A DNA stretch of 64,000 nucleotides, taken from positions 118,668,001-118,732,000 of the forward strand of contig OZ024744.1 of NCBI GenBank assembly GCA_964016885.1, read 5' to 3'. Source of the DNA: Eledone cirrhosa. Taxonomy: Eukaryota. The translations under genes and the position numbers were made by a program. Numbering within the stretch: the first letter of the stretch is position 1; every line of letters starts with the position of its first letter. The notes beneath the pieces were generated by a model. It saw nothing but the letters and a program-made list of their open reading frames with translations, was not told where the DNA came from and ran no database searches. Positions 48,600 through 60,352 of the stretch are shown here, one piece after another.

Positions 48600-51500
48600 T
48601 TTCTATTGTCCAAAGACAATAACAGTTCTTTGTTGCAGACTGGGGGAAAAATGAAAAGAAAACAAAAGAAAGAAGCAAAACAACCTGGAGGGATGCAATA
48701 TATACCTTCCACCGACATCTCTTATAATCTGGTGGAGAAGCATTAAAAATTGGACATGAATGGCTACTTTTATTTCATATGACATTATGGATTTGTTTAT
48801 AAAAAAAAAAACATTTTGTTACGTAAATTGGAATGATAAGAAAATGAACTTTTAAAAAGACGTGTTTGTTTTTATTTACAATTTAGCAAAATCATTCATA
48901 TTTTGGAATGTAAGTTTGTTTTTTTGGTTTTTAAATTCTTAGAATCATTATTCTGAGAAAAAAATATATATTCCATAACCTTTGTATATTAAATAGTTGA
49001 CTGTCATTAGATCTGTCTTTGAACTATTTTATTCATAACTGTTTTTCTTTCTACACATTATAAATATATCCTAATATAGTTTAGCAATAGAATCAAGAAT
49101 TCGCAAGTATAAAAGTCTATAGTAATGGAATAGAAATCACCAATGCTTATGTCAATTGCAAATCAATAAAAAAGATAGTAAGAGGGAAAAAAAAGGAAGA
49201 AGAAAATCATGTAAATATATTTTTTTTATTTTTCTTCAATAATGTCTAGCAAATTTCAATTTTGTTTCTTTTTTTAATAGATAAATGAGGAAGGCTACTT
49301 TTTACCAACTTTATTTGAAGTTGTTTGCAATACTTCAAGAATAGTCTTTAGTAAAAACATGATGCACATTCATTTATGGAACAAAATTTTTCGGGCTCAA
49401 AGTTTCCCCTAGGTTAAAGGAGAAAAGTACAATAAAAAAAAAAGGAGGGGGAGGACAAAAAACAAACAAACAAACAAAGATAACAATAATAGTTCTGGAT
49501 AAGGGAATTTAAGGGCTGTCCAACAAAACCATTACCTATTACAATTATTAAATATATTCAAGGGTATAGCCATAAAAATAAAGTAATTGAAGTAAACCGA
49601 AGAATATGTAAATCTAGGTATAACATTTTCAAAAGAACAAACTATCAGTAGCATAAATAAATAGCACATGAATATTATTATTATTAAAGTAAATTTAACT
49701 TGTATGCCAAATTTCAAGGGGAGAGATGAATAAATTTATAGATATAGAGTTCTATAGACTAAATTTTAAAAATTAGTCTATATGCACTTACATTATAGAA
49801 ATCTATGCAGAATCTCTTATAAAAATATCATATTTAGCAGCTTAAAAAATAAGTTTAAGGAAACAATTACACTTGACTTGCATTGCAATATATATCTAAA
49901 TAATAATAATATAAGAACAGGTTTAACATTTAATTACAGAAAAGTGTATCTAAAAAAATATATTAAATAACATGAGAGGAAAGGAAAGAAACAATATTTA
50001 AAAATTAAGTTAACAAGTGTAAAAATGAAAGTATTGGTTATAAGTTATATTATAACAAACTGGACATTAGTGTGAATTACTGAAAGTAAATAAATTTCTG
50101 AGTGCTACATAAGTAAAAAGATAAATGCCTAATGAAAAGTGAGTATACTATTTTCTCATATCACATGCAGATTTATCACCTATTCATTTTAGTATTTTAA
50201 ATCAATTATTTTCAACTAGTGGTCAGTGTGGGACTTCAAAATAATTTTCAAAGTATGAATCAAAATATTTTAAATGAATATACTTTTTCTTAATGATATT
50301 TAAATTTATTTCATTACATGAATTATCTAAATGTCAATGGCAGTTGGATTTTTTGGTATTTGCACATAGAGAATTAGAGATCATATCATACACACTAAGA
50401 CATTCATTCAGACAAAATTGTGCTCACAGGGCAAGAATTCACATTTTGGATTTAATATATTAAGAAAAATGTATTTATTTTTTTTATTTCATTTTTTTTT
50501 AAATGATTGGTTTTATTTAAAAGCTATAACTTATATATAATTAAAATGTATACAGGATAAATGTGTAAAAGTTAATATGGAACTTAAAAAAAATAATTGA
50601 ATAACATTTAATAATTGTAGATGGAATGGAATTTTTATGATCATCACAAGCCCAATAAATAGCTGAATACTTTTGCTTTACAGAATAAAAAAATTGATAG
50701 AAAAAATAGTTTGCTTTAACAAATATGCCTACAATTGAAAAGGAGTGACTATTTTTTATAGAGAAAACAGAACTAACTAAATTTAACAGAGTAAATAATC
50801 TATTGATCAAGTTTACCAGATGTGTTAATTACCAATTAAGATAGAGTGATATGATGGAAATGCATATTACATGAGATCAGTAAGCTTTGGTGATCAAGTA
50901 TAACAAAAGCATGATGTAATGAACTTTGTATATAGGAGGTATGTTTATATATACCAATAACCTAAGCTAGCTAGCCATTGAATAAATGAATGATTTGTGT
51001 ATCCACAAGATAATTTGACAAATTAATAACAAATACTAACAAAAAGTAACTGAAATATAATATATTAAAAAAATAATGAAAATTGGAAAATGATTTAGGA
51101 AAATAACAAAGTTTTAAACAGAAAGTAAATTGGTTTCAAATTTAACTTTTAATTTTCAAAAAGAAAACAGGTTGTTAAAGATTCAAAAAAAAAATTCAAC
51201 AGCATTAAGAATTCAGAAAATATAGGAGGAAAAGTTGTTGAATTTTTTTTTTTTTTTTCTTTTTCACACAAGTTGTTAGGTTTAAACATTTAAATAAAAA
51301 GGCAAGTACAAAAACAAACAAAATGTTTTTAGTTTCTTCCTTTTTATATAAAAATCAAGGCATACATTAAAAAAAATAACTATATCTAAATGTTTTCAAG
51401 TATATTACAATTATTAAAACTGAATGTTTAAAAAAAATTAACATTCAGGTAAATAATATGAAAATGATGTCCAATTAAAAAATAAAGTATTATTATCTGA

Positions 51501-51977
51501 TTATTTAAAAACAATGCAAACATTTTGACTAAAAAATAAAAAATAAAATTAATATTGAATATTTAAGAATTTGCTAAATGCATACAAAATAAATTACAAT
51601 AATAATAAACTAGTATTTGATAATAATTTAAAGGAAGGAAATTTAGTATAGGCAGGAGGCAGTATGATTACACATGATCATTTTATATTGATAATTGGTA
51701 TTTAATGAAATCCTTCAGAAGAGAAAGTAATGAGGAATTTGGAGATCCACTTTTAAGTGACCTAAAATAATTGGACATACATTTCTCACATACAAATAAC
51801 ATCATACTGTCATTAGTGTTAATTTGCATATATGTGTAAATATATGCTCTCAATATGTCCATGCATGTATACTCTACATGAATTGGTTTTGTTAAATAAT
51901 AACCCAAAACTGAATATTTTTTTACATGTCTCTCCTGAGCAATACCAGCCAATTTTCAGTCATAAAGTTCCAGTTAT

Positions 51978-52012
<35 letters not shown>

Positions 52013-53752
52013 CATGTTTTATGTTACTTGAATGAGAAGAGGCAAATTTCATTTTTGCCCTTTCATGGAAGTTTTCCAAAGTATATTCATATAACGTCAA
52101 ATGTTAATTATCTAAACAGTCAGTGATGGAACTTTAGAGACACATCTGGCTACCAACAGCAAGGTCTGTTCAAAATTATGGTGTTAAAAAAGGAAAAGAA
52201 AAAAATATATATATCCACCAGCCATATTCCCTGGGTTTACCCTTGTGCCCCCCTCCCGTTTTAAGATAGTGAAAGACCATGACATTTAAGCCATTATGCC
52301 AACTATAAAAAAGAAACTGAAGAAATGTTAACAGTATTACTGCAAGGAAAATGTTTTAATAGGAGGAAATACAGCAATTGAAAGAATCTTATATTCAGTT
52401 TTATAGTTGCTAATGGAATTCCATTGATATAAAATAGCATATATACCATCACATCCATACTTCCAAAATATACTTCACAAAATCTTAAATTTAACAACAA
52501 GCATTAATTTGAATATCTAAAGATGATGATACATCAATATACATGTTTTCTTTATAAACTCAATCACACAATTATCTTTAAAAAAAAAATCCAAGTGAAG
52601 CTTCTTAATAAAGATCACTATAATTTGAAATACTTCAATTTCTCAACTTGTAAATGTTATCACCCAAACAAGCAAGCTTCATGTATATATACTAGTAAGA
52701 TTCAATGTTCTATTGCTGTAGTCACATTTCAGAAGAATGATACAAAGTTAAATATAATGTCATAAATGACTGGTAAGTACTGAATTAGAAGCATATGTCA
52801 AGGCATTATTTCCCTTTATATCTTTAGCATACATTGGAAAAGTCTAACAAGTGAAATACAATATATGCATATTGTAAACAAACATAAGACATTAATGAGA
52901 AACTCTTACACATAACTTAAATTATTGTGTATGGATTGTTTAAGAAGCCGACTCATCAGCACAGTACACAGAAGGAAGTTAGAATGCAAACTGTTTGCAA
53001 TGAATAATTGTGTGTATGTGTATTTTAAATATCTGATTGTAACAATACATCCAACCTAAATTTATTTTTTTTGTAATAATTTTGATTTTTGTTAATATGT
53101 ATTTGTGCTTTTTATGAGGAGGAGAGACAATTAAAGATAGCAAGAAAAGAGAAAAAAGAAGATTTATGCTATTGCTATAATTGAAAAATAAAATATTTAT
53201 AGAATGGAGTAACAGATTAAAAGATTTTCTAGCTTTTTAATATGATAATCTTAGTATAATTTAGTAGTTTGTGTTGAAAGTGGTCTAAAATGTTATTATA
53301 CTTAAAAGGGATACATCAATTGATTCAATTATTCTCTAATACTTTTATTTGAAACCAATTCATCAAAATAGGTAGCTATACCTTATCAAAGCTTTACTCC
53401 TCACTTTTTATACCGGGGGAAAAAAAAAAGTTAACAAAACAATAATAGTAGTAGTAGTGGTAGTATTAGTAGTGATGGTAGTAGTAGTGTGGTGGTGTTG
53501 GTGTTTGTAGTTTTAAAGTAATAGTTGCAGAAAACAGTATTGACAACCAATCTGCTTGAGATTTTTGCTCTCTTCAATTTTTTTTTTATTTTTAAACACA
53601 ATTACTTCCAGTTGCAAATTGAAAACATTCAGTAATCCATATTACAACACATTAGCCACCAAATGTGTACAAAAACTATGTTGTTCTTATGTTACAGGGG
53701 CAAAAAAAAAAATTAAAAAAAAAGAGTTAATAATGAAAGCTGCAAGAAATGA
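48600..53752 (-). other. Putative long 3' UTR of the minus-strand host gene
   Basis: AT-rich, no recognisable TEs, directly downstream of the stop codon; several minus-strand AATAAA (e.g. 48871-48876); true end unknown. Confidence 0.5.
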
Positions 53753-54571
53753 TCAAACTGAGATTTCGTATGTTGAATCATACATATTACGTGGTTTTTC
53801 ATCCTCTTGATAAGCCTCTGATCTTTTCGATGGAGTAGCATGCTGCTTTTCTTTCAGTTCTACAGCCTCACTCACTTCCAAAGCTCGCACAAATGACATA
53901 GGTCGACGAGGCACTCTTACATTATTGTCAGGGTCATATGTCACAGTAGAGTACTCCACAGGTAACTGATACCTGTGAGATGGAGAAGAATAGCTAACAT
54001 TGTTACCATGTTCATATGCTACTTGTCCAACTCCTGTAGAATATTGATAATGCTGAGGTTTACTTTTATCCAGTGTGTATATAACTGGACTTCCTGTCCT
54101 ACTAAAACCTCTATTTACACTTGACCCCATATATGGGGGATGTGAAGATCCTGTTGGTGGCATTGTCATTTGTGGCCCAGGTGTAAGGGATGTAAAACCA
54201 TTTGAGCGAGGTGTGTGATAACCTATAGGAGGTTTAGCATAATTGACTTTAGTAGGACTTGGAGAACTAGATTGTGATTTGACTGTAGGAGAACTAATGG
54301 GAGAAACGACTTCAGGTGTAGCAACAGGAGCCTTTTTATCAACTGGCCGTGATTTTTGAGGGGATTGTGTATACAAGTTACGTGGTGGTATCCTCGGTGA
54401 TATTCTACCAATATGATTCCCTTGATTAGCTTGAATAGCTGCTCCTACTGATGTTGGATTACTAGGATCAAAGAGATTGCTGTACGACCCAGATTGCTTT
54501 GGTGGACTTGGTTCACAATCCATCGACTGACTTTGTCTTTCTGTTTCTTCATCTAAAGATAGACTGGCTTG
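53753..54571 (-). CDS. Terminal coding exon of an unidentified host gene; Ser/Pro-rich disordered tail ending RRPMSFVRALEVSE...YDSTYEISV*
   Basis: 819-bp open frame; canonical acceptor TTTTGCTTTTGTTTCAG at 54572-54588 (phase 0); TGA at 53753-53755; no TE motifs; C-terminus fits a hydrophobic (class II) PDZ-binding motif. Confidence 0.85.
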   Translation of the reverse strand, partial: QASLSLDEETERQSQSMDCEPSPPKQSGSYSNLFDPSNPTSVGAAIQANQGNHIGRISPRIPPRNLYTQSPQKSRPVDKKAPVATPEVVSPISSPTVKSQSSSPSPTKVNYAKPPIGYHTPRSNGFTSLTPGPQMTMPPTGSSHPPYMGSSVNRGFSRTGSPVIYTLDKSKPQHYQYSTGVGQVAYEHGNNVSYSSPSHRYQLPVEYSTVTYDPDNNVRVPRRPMSFVRALEVSEAVELKEKQHATPSKRSEAYQEDEKPRNMYDSTYEISV

Positions 54572-54972
54572 CTGAAACAAAAGCAAAATTTAAACAGTTA
54601 AAACCATTTTAAAAAGAACAGAGAATTCTACGAACACTTTCTTTTTTTGTAAGAAATCAAGGTAGATATTTCTCTTTTATTGGAAGATTGAGATAAGAGG
54701 TAAATTTAGTGGAATATTTAAATGAGTTTAACATGAGGTCTAGGGAGATACATGTTTTCACAAGAGAGAAGAGAAAGAAAAGGGATAAGTAGATGGAGAG
54801 ATGTCTTTATCAGGGCAAAGTAAACTTGTTGCACCTGGCAGTTACAAACAGAAGTTAGAAGAGCATGAGCTAGGAGAAGGCAGGCAATAAATTACCCCTC
54901 CCCCCAAATTATATATATATTGAAAGAGTGAAGAATAACATGGTCAACAGTACAAAAAAAGGGGTTTTATTT

Positions 54973-55088
54973 ACAGTATTAACAATTATTTCACTGATTA
55001 AGTTGTCTAAAAATTGCTGAACACATGAAGCTGTGTCACTCAATTTTAAATACGTTGCTAGCTTAACCAGATCATCAGAAAAGACTGT
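54973..55088 (-). ncRNA. Hammerhead-like motif with long stem II
   Basis: Minus strand ACAGTCTTTT-CTGATGA-TCTGGTTAAG...CTTAATCAGT-GAAA-TAATTG-TT-AATACTGT. Confidence 0.5.
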
Positions 55089-55464
55089 TAAAAACATACT
55101 CAGCATTTACAAATTCAAATTACAACATCATTAATAAAGAAAGAGAAAAGGATGAAGAAAAAAGATAACATATAAAGAAAAAGAAAAAGAAAAAGAAAAA
55201 GAAAAAGAGAAAAAATAATATATGAATAAAAATGTTAATAAATAAGTTATAACGAAGATGATAAAAATAATACAAAATATGATAAAAAATAAAAAATAAT
55301 AAATAAAAAAAATTTAATATGTGTGCGAAGAAAAGTAAACATAGTATGATTATTGAACGAACAATTTTCTGTAGACATAAAATGGCGAGCAAATCCGATA
55401 ATTTCAGACCAACTTAATTCATCCCATCTATTCTATAATTCAAATTGTACCACCTGAATCTATT

Positions 55465-55790
55465 ATAATTGTTTCTACTTTTGGCACAAGGCCAGCAATT
55501 ATTCCAGTGCATTACTGGTACTTTATTTTATCGACCCCGTAAGGATGAAAGGCAAGGGCCGTAACTCTATGCATCAAAGCATGGCGTCCAACCCTCTACC
55601 GATACTGATTGGCAGTATTGGCAGGTCACACATGCTTTCCAGCATAGTTACGTCCCTTTACGATCTGAGTTCAAATTCCGCCGAGGTTAACTTTGCCTTT
55701 CATCCTTACGGGGCCGATAAAATAAAGTACCAGTAATGCACTGGGTATTTGCTGGCCTTGTGACAAAAATAGAAACAATTATTATTATTA
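55465..55790. mobile_element. Two Meta/Nin-type SINEs head-to-head (minus 55465-55607, plus 55608-55790)
   Basis: TTGCCTTTCATCCTTACGGGG.CGATAAAATAAAGTACCAGTAATGCACTGG in both orientations, both with ATT tails. Confidence 0.85.
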
Positions 55791-56321
55791 TTGTCATCAA
55801 CTGTCAATGAACCAACATCATAACCTCTTATATTTTCTCTCTTTCTATTTCTTTCCCTAAATTTATTTCATCTCTTACATTATATCTTATCGTATTATTT
55901 TCACTTCTAATATAACTTACAATTAATTAATTATTTAATTAATTTATTAATGTAACTAATACATATATGAATATATTTAACATTTTCATGTTTATACCAT
56001 CGTATCTCTATATTTTAACCACCAACACCACAACTACTCTCAATAATCATACTGTTTACTTTTCTTCGCACACATATTACATTTTTATTTTATTTATTAA
56101 TTTTTATATTTTATCATATTTTGTATTATTTTTTATTATCTTCGTTATAACTTATCTATTAACATTTATTCATTTATTATTATCTTTATTATTTTTTCTC
56201 TATATTTTTCTTTTTCTTTTATCTTTTTTCTTCATCCTTTTCTCTTCTTTCTTTTTTTTTCTCTCTCTCGCTTTATTAATGATGTTGTAATTTGAATTTG
56301 TAAACGCTGAGTATGTTTTTA

Positions 56322-56436
56322 ACAGTCCTTTCTGATGACCTGGTTAAGCTAACATCGTATTTAAAATTGAGTGGCACAGCTTCAAGTGTTCAGCAATTTT
56401 TAGACAACTTAATCAGTGAAACAATTGTTAGATTGT
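56322..56436 (+). ncRNA. Hammerhead-like motif with long stem II
   Basis: ACAGTC-CTTT-CTGATGA-CCTGGTTAAG...CTTAATCAGT-GAAA-CAATTG-TT-AGATTGT; palindromic stem III ACAATTGT. Confidence 0.55.
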
Positions 56437-57104
56437 AAATAAAACCCTTTTTTGTACTGTTGACCATATTATTCTTCACTCTTTCAATATTATTACTCCA
56501 AGATAAACTTACATAGGAATTCCCGAGAAATCATAAACTCGCCACCTACAGAAACCTCTTGTTGAGTCAAACAACGCCGTACACTAAAACTATCCACAAT
56601 AAGAAGTATTCACAACCTCTAACTGGATTACCTATAACGATATTTTGTTATCCCTTATATATATAGGAGAATTGGAGAGGATGAAATGTAGGGAAGTTTG
56701 TTGTTAAGGTCATTTTCGTTTTAAATGGCCCTGGTCTGGTGTTCACAGTAAAACATTACAATTATACAGAACTGAGATTTACAATAAATCTCTTCTACAA
56801 AGGAATGTTTAGAGTCAGCAATCTAAGATGTTAATAGTGACTAATTACACACAAAATATGCAATAAATTTAAGGGGAAAAACAGGGCATCTTTAAAAATC
56901 AGTAATACTTTTATGTGATTTTGAACTGGATGGTAAAACCCTATCTAATTAATCCCGCATCAAGTGAAACAAAACCGTCTAACCCATGATAGCGTGGAAG
57001 ATGGATGTTAAATGATGATGATGATAATATGTTAATGTATTGATACATATTAAATGTATGATGATCATGTTTTTTAATAAAAAAGCTCAATGGACCTTAG
57101 TTCA

Positions 57105-57470
57105 GAGCATCAATTACACAAGTTAAACAAATATATGGCGAGAGAGAAACAAGTATATATCATTTGAGAAACACATAGCATTTTGTATACATATATATAG
57201 AACAAACAATATGTAGAAAATACATTCTTTAAGGTGGCAATAATTCTATAGAACCCCATACGACTGTTGATCTAGGTAATTGATTACCAACTATTGATTT
57301 TGGTAAAATATCAAACACCTGCATCTACTCATCAGAGGGATGGGGTTGTACAGAGTATATTTTCCTACATATTGTTTGCTTAATATGTGTACAAAATACT
57401 GTGTTTCTCAAATGATCTATGACTCTTTCTCTATATATATATTTAAAAACTTGTTTGTATTTGGATGATT
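57105..57470. repeat. Old, diverged inverted repeat (~120-bp arms)
   Basis: ATCATTTGAGAAACACA...TTTTGTATACATAT...AAACAATATGTAG mirrored at ~57360-57440. Confidence 0.65.
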
Positions 57471-57774
57471 ACAACTACATCTATGCTCCTACTGATATGT
57501 AGAACAATGGACTGGCCCCAGTATATTTATTCAGGCACAGTCTACCATCCTACAGTGAAATGTTCCTCGAGTAAAATAATGTTGTAAATCTTAACTGGTT
57601 ATTCATTGTTATTTTATCAAAATTTTGAGCTTTGCAGTTTGTGCTATAATGTAGTCAATGGAGGTTGTAAAATCATCCAGCCTTTTGGGTTACTGCTGAA
57701 CCAAGGATACTGATTAACATTGAGCTTCTATAATCTTTACCAAGATAAATATTGATAAACTACAATATAACTTA

Positions 57775-58420
57775 ACCAGGACTCAGGCTTTACTGTAACA
57801 CTGGCTCAGAGCAGGAGAGTTAAGGTGAAAAAGATATCAAATGCTGAATTTGCCGACGACATATTTCTGGTGACAAACACAGTGAAGGAGGTGGAGACTG
57901 TGTTGATGAGTATGGAGCTGAGAATGAATGAGATTAAGACAAAGTATGTGGTAGAGAATATTAAGAAGCCAGAGAAGATTATGAATGTAAGCTGGAGGCT
58001 GCTAGAATTGGTTGAAGACTTCCTGTATCTGGGAGCAAAGATTGGGAACACAGAGGATGATGTAGTTGAGAGGAAGAGCAAAGCCTAGGTAGCTTGCTCT
58101 GAACATTAATCAGTATACACTGAGGATGAAGAATTCAGAGCTGTACGGGAGCCCCCCAAAAGTCAGCTCAAAAGTAACACAAGAGATTGAGGTTAGCTGG
58201 ATATGCTCACCGACATCCAGAGTTGACACTGCACACAGTGGTCCTGTGGGAGTCCCTACACGGACACACTAGAAGAGGGAGACGAAGGTTGTCATATATT
58301 GATGCCCTAAGGACAGACACTGGTCTCTGGGAGACGCAGTACATGGGGGCAATGATGAAGGACAGAGACTGCTGGAGAGAACTCGTCCATGGATCTCAGA
58401 AATTTTACCCGCCCTAGATA
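57775..58420 (+). mobile_element. 3' fragment of the (AT)n-tailed RTE-like LINE
   Basis: EFADDIFLV, EDFLYLG, RLAGYAHRH...FYPP*; aligns with 20048-20854. Confidence 0.9.
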
Positions 58421-59626
58421 TATAGGCGAGGGTTACTTTACAAACAAAAATTAATTTAAGGCTTCTGAGATTTGTAATAAAAAAACTAATAATTATTGAA
58501 AAGGTTTAATTTAAGTTGACATTACAATCAAAATGTAATAATGATAGTTCTTTAACATTAAAAAATAATCTAATATAAAGAAGCTGGTTTTAGTCATCTT
58601 CTTCACCCACTTATTCCTGAGAGGGTTGTGGTGGCAGATGTCTCAGGAAAGAATTGCTGGACAAATTTTATGGGCAAAACCAACCGACAGGAGACCCAGA
58701 GCAAGATGGTTGGATAACATTCATGAGTTTGGCTGGTCTTGCTTGGGGATCCAGCTGGATCAGTTGCTTCTGACAGGACCTGCTGGAAGGAGTGTTTGAG
58801 CAATGGAAAGACCAATGGAAACATTGTTTCCTTGGTCTGATCTGATGATCAGCTCATTTCTTTCCTTTCACTTGTATTTGATAGTGCCAAAATCATAAAC
58901 TTTCAGTTGATCATATAATTGGACAATCATACAACATCCTTGATAGGAGAGCTCATCATATATATATATCTGTGTCTGTCTATGTGTCTTCATATCAACA
59001 CTGTTTCAACAAGCTGGGGCATTATTTATGTCCTACATAAACAACACACTGCAGCAGAGTGATTCAACTAAGATGAGCAGTATTTAGTACACATAAGAAT
59101 AAAGTGTTGTTATCAGGAAGGGCATGTAGCCATCAGAAAACTACCTTGAAAAGTCTTACCTAATCCATGTAAGTAGATAATGATGATGATGATGATGAAG
59201 TAGTAAAATTAGATAAACAAAACAAAAAAAAAACTGCTATATATATATAACTAGCTGAGCTACCCGGTGATATTTTATGAAAGTTACAATATATTTGGCG
59301 CACATCACAAAATATTTGACCATTCAAATATGATTGCTGAATTTTAACCAAAGTAGGAATTATAGCAGAATATTTATTGTCGTTTGGTCAAAGTAAATCA
59401 TCTAGATAAAAATATTGGTTTTTTCCAGTGGGGATTTTTTTTATACTGCATATATAATACTTTACTCATAGATGAATCATTAGGTATGTTGTCAGTGAAA
59501 AGGGCATGACCAAAAAAATACATTTAGATTTTTTTTTATTTATCCTTTTCTTTCTTATTTTTTTTTTTGTTCAATCTGAACCACTGAAATTCAAACATGT
59601 AAAGACTATTTTAAAAACCATAAATA

Positions 59627-59950
59627 AGTGGTTAGAGCATTGGCCTTGCAATCAAAAGGTTGTGAGTTCAATTCTCAGACTGGGTGATGTGTTGTTTCCT
59701 TGAGCAAGACACTTTATTTCACATTGCTCCAGTTTACTCAGCTGTAGAAATGAGCTGATAGGGACTGGGGTCCATATCATTGCACTGCAAAGTGGTCGTG
59801 GGGGTGCCACAGCAAAAAAACACCCAGCACTCACTGTAAATGAGGTTGGTGTTAGGAAGGGCATCCAGCTGTAGAAATCAAGCCAGAATCAGTTCCCGTC
59901 CCACCCTTACAAGCAGGGAAAAGCGGACATAAAATGATGATGATGATGAT
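59627..59950 (+). mobile_element. Composite tRNA/CORE SINE with RTE-derived body and tail
   Basis: GTGGTTAGAGC head, GTTCAATTC B box, CCTTGAGCAAGACACTTT CORE-like block, RTE-A UTR segment, RTE-C tail and (GAT)n. Confidence 0.85.
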
Positions 59951-60352
59951 TTAGCATTGGTTTATGATTGAATGAAGCATTTACTTACTCATTTCTGTAA
60001 TTCGGGGAAAGTGTATTTAAATTTGTACACTCTAGCTTTCACCAATCTTTGCCTCTATGGCAGTAGGATCTTGTTTGAGGGAGATTTGTTTTCTATTTCT
60101 ATTAGCTATACCAACAGTTATAGTGGCTCACATGACATACATAGATACATACACACACATGTATGTGTGTAAAGCAGTTGTTTGTGATTTGAAATGGATT
60201 TTGCTAATATTTCTAGTAGATCGAGTTATCACATAGAACCATTCCTTTTTGCTTCATACATATATACATACCTGAGAAAGTAGGGTGGGATTTGAAAGAA
60301 ATTTGGCTGCTATTTCTACCCAACATAGTGCTCACTTATATTACTTTATATA

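Larger units (their letters stand above)
54917..56490. repeat. Nested foldback: ~440-bp inverted Penelope-like arms (54917-55356 and 56040-56490) enclosing head-to-head SINEs
   Basis: Arms are clear reverse complements with scattered mismatches; each ends in TATTCTTCACTCTTTCAATAT and carries a hammerhead-like core. Confidence 0.88.

Noticed and set aside
52940-52965. Minus-strand CTGATGA in the putative 3' UTR as a hammerhead
   Set aside because: No stem II and GAAA partner found
54572-54586. ORF-track start MLLFQ for the host CDS
   Set aside because: It is the polypyrimidine tract and acceptor; the exon starts at 54571
55120-56290. Hydrophobic F/L/I-rich ORFs as membrane proteins
   Set aside because: Low-complexity T-rich strands of the inverted arms
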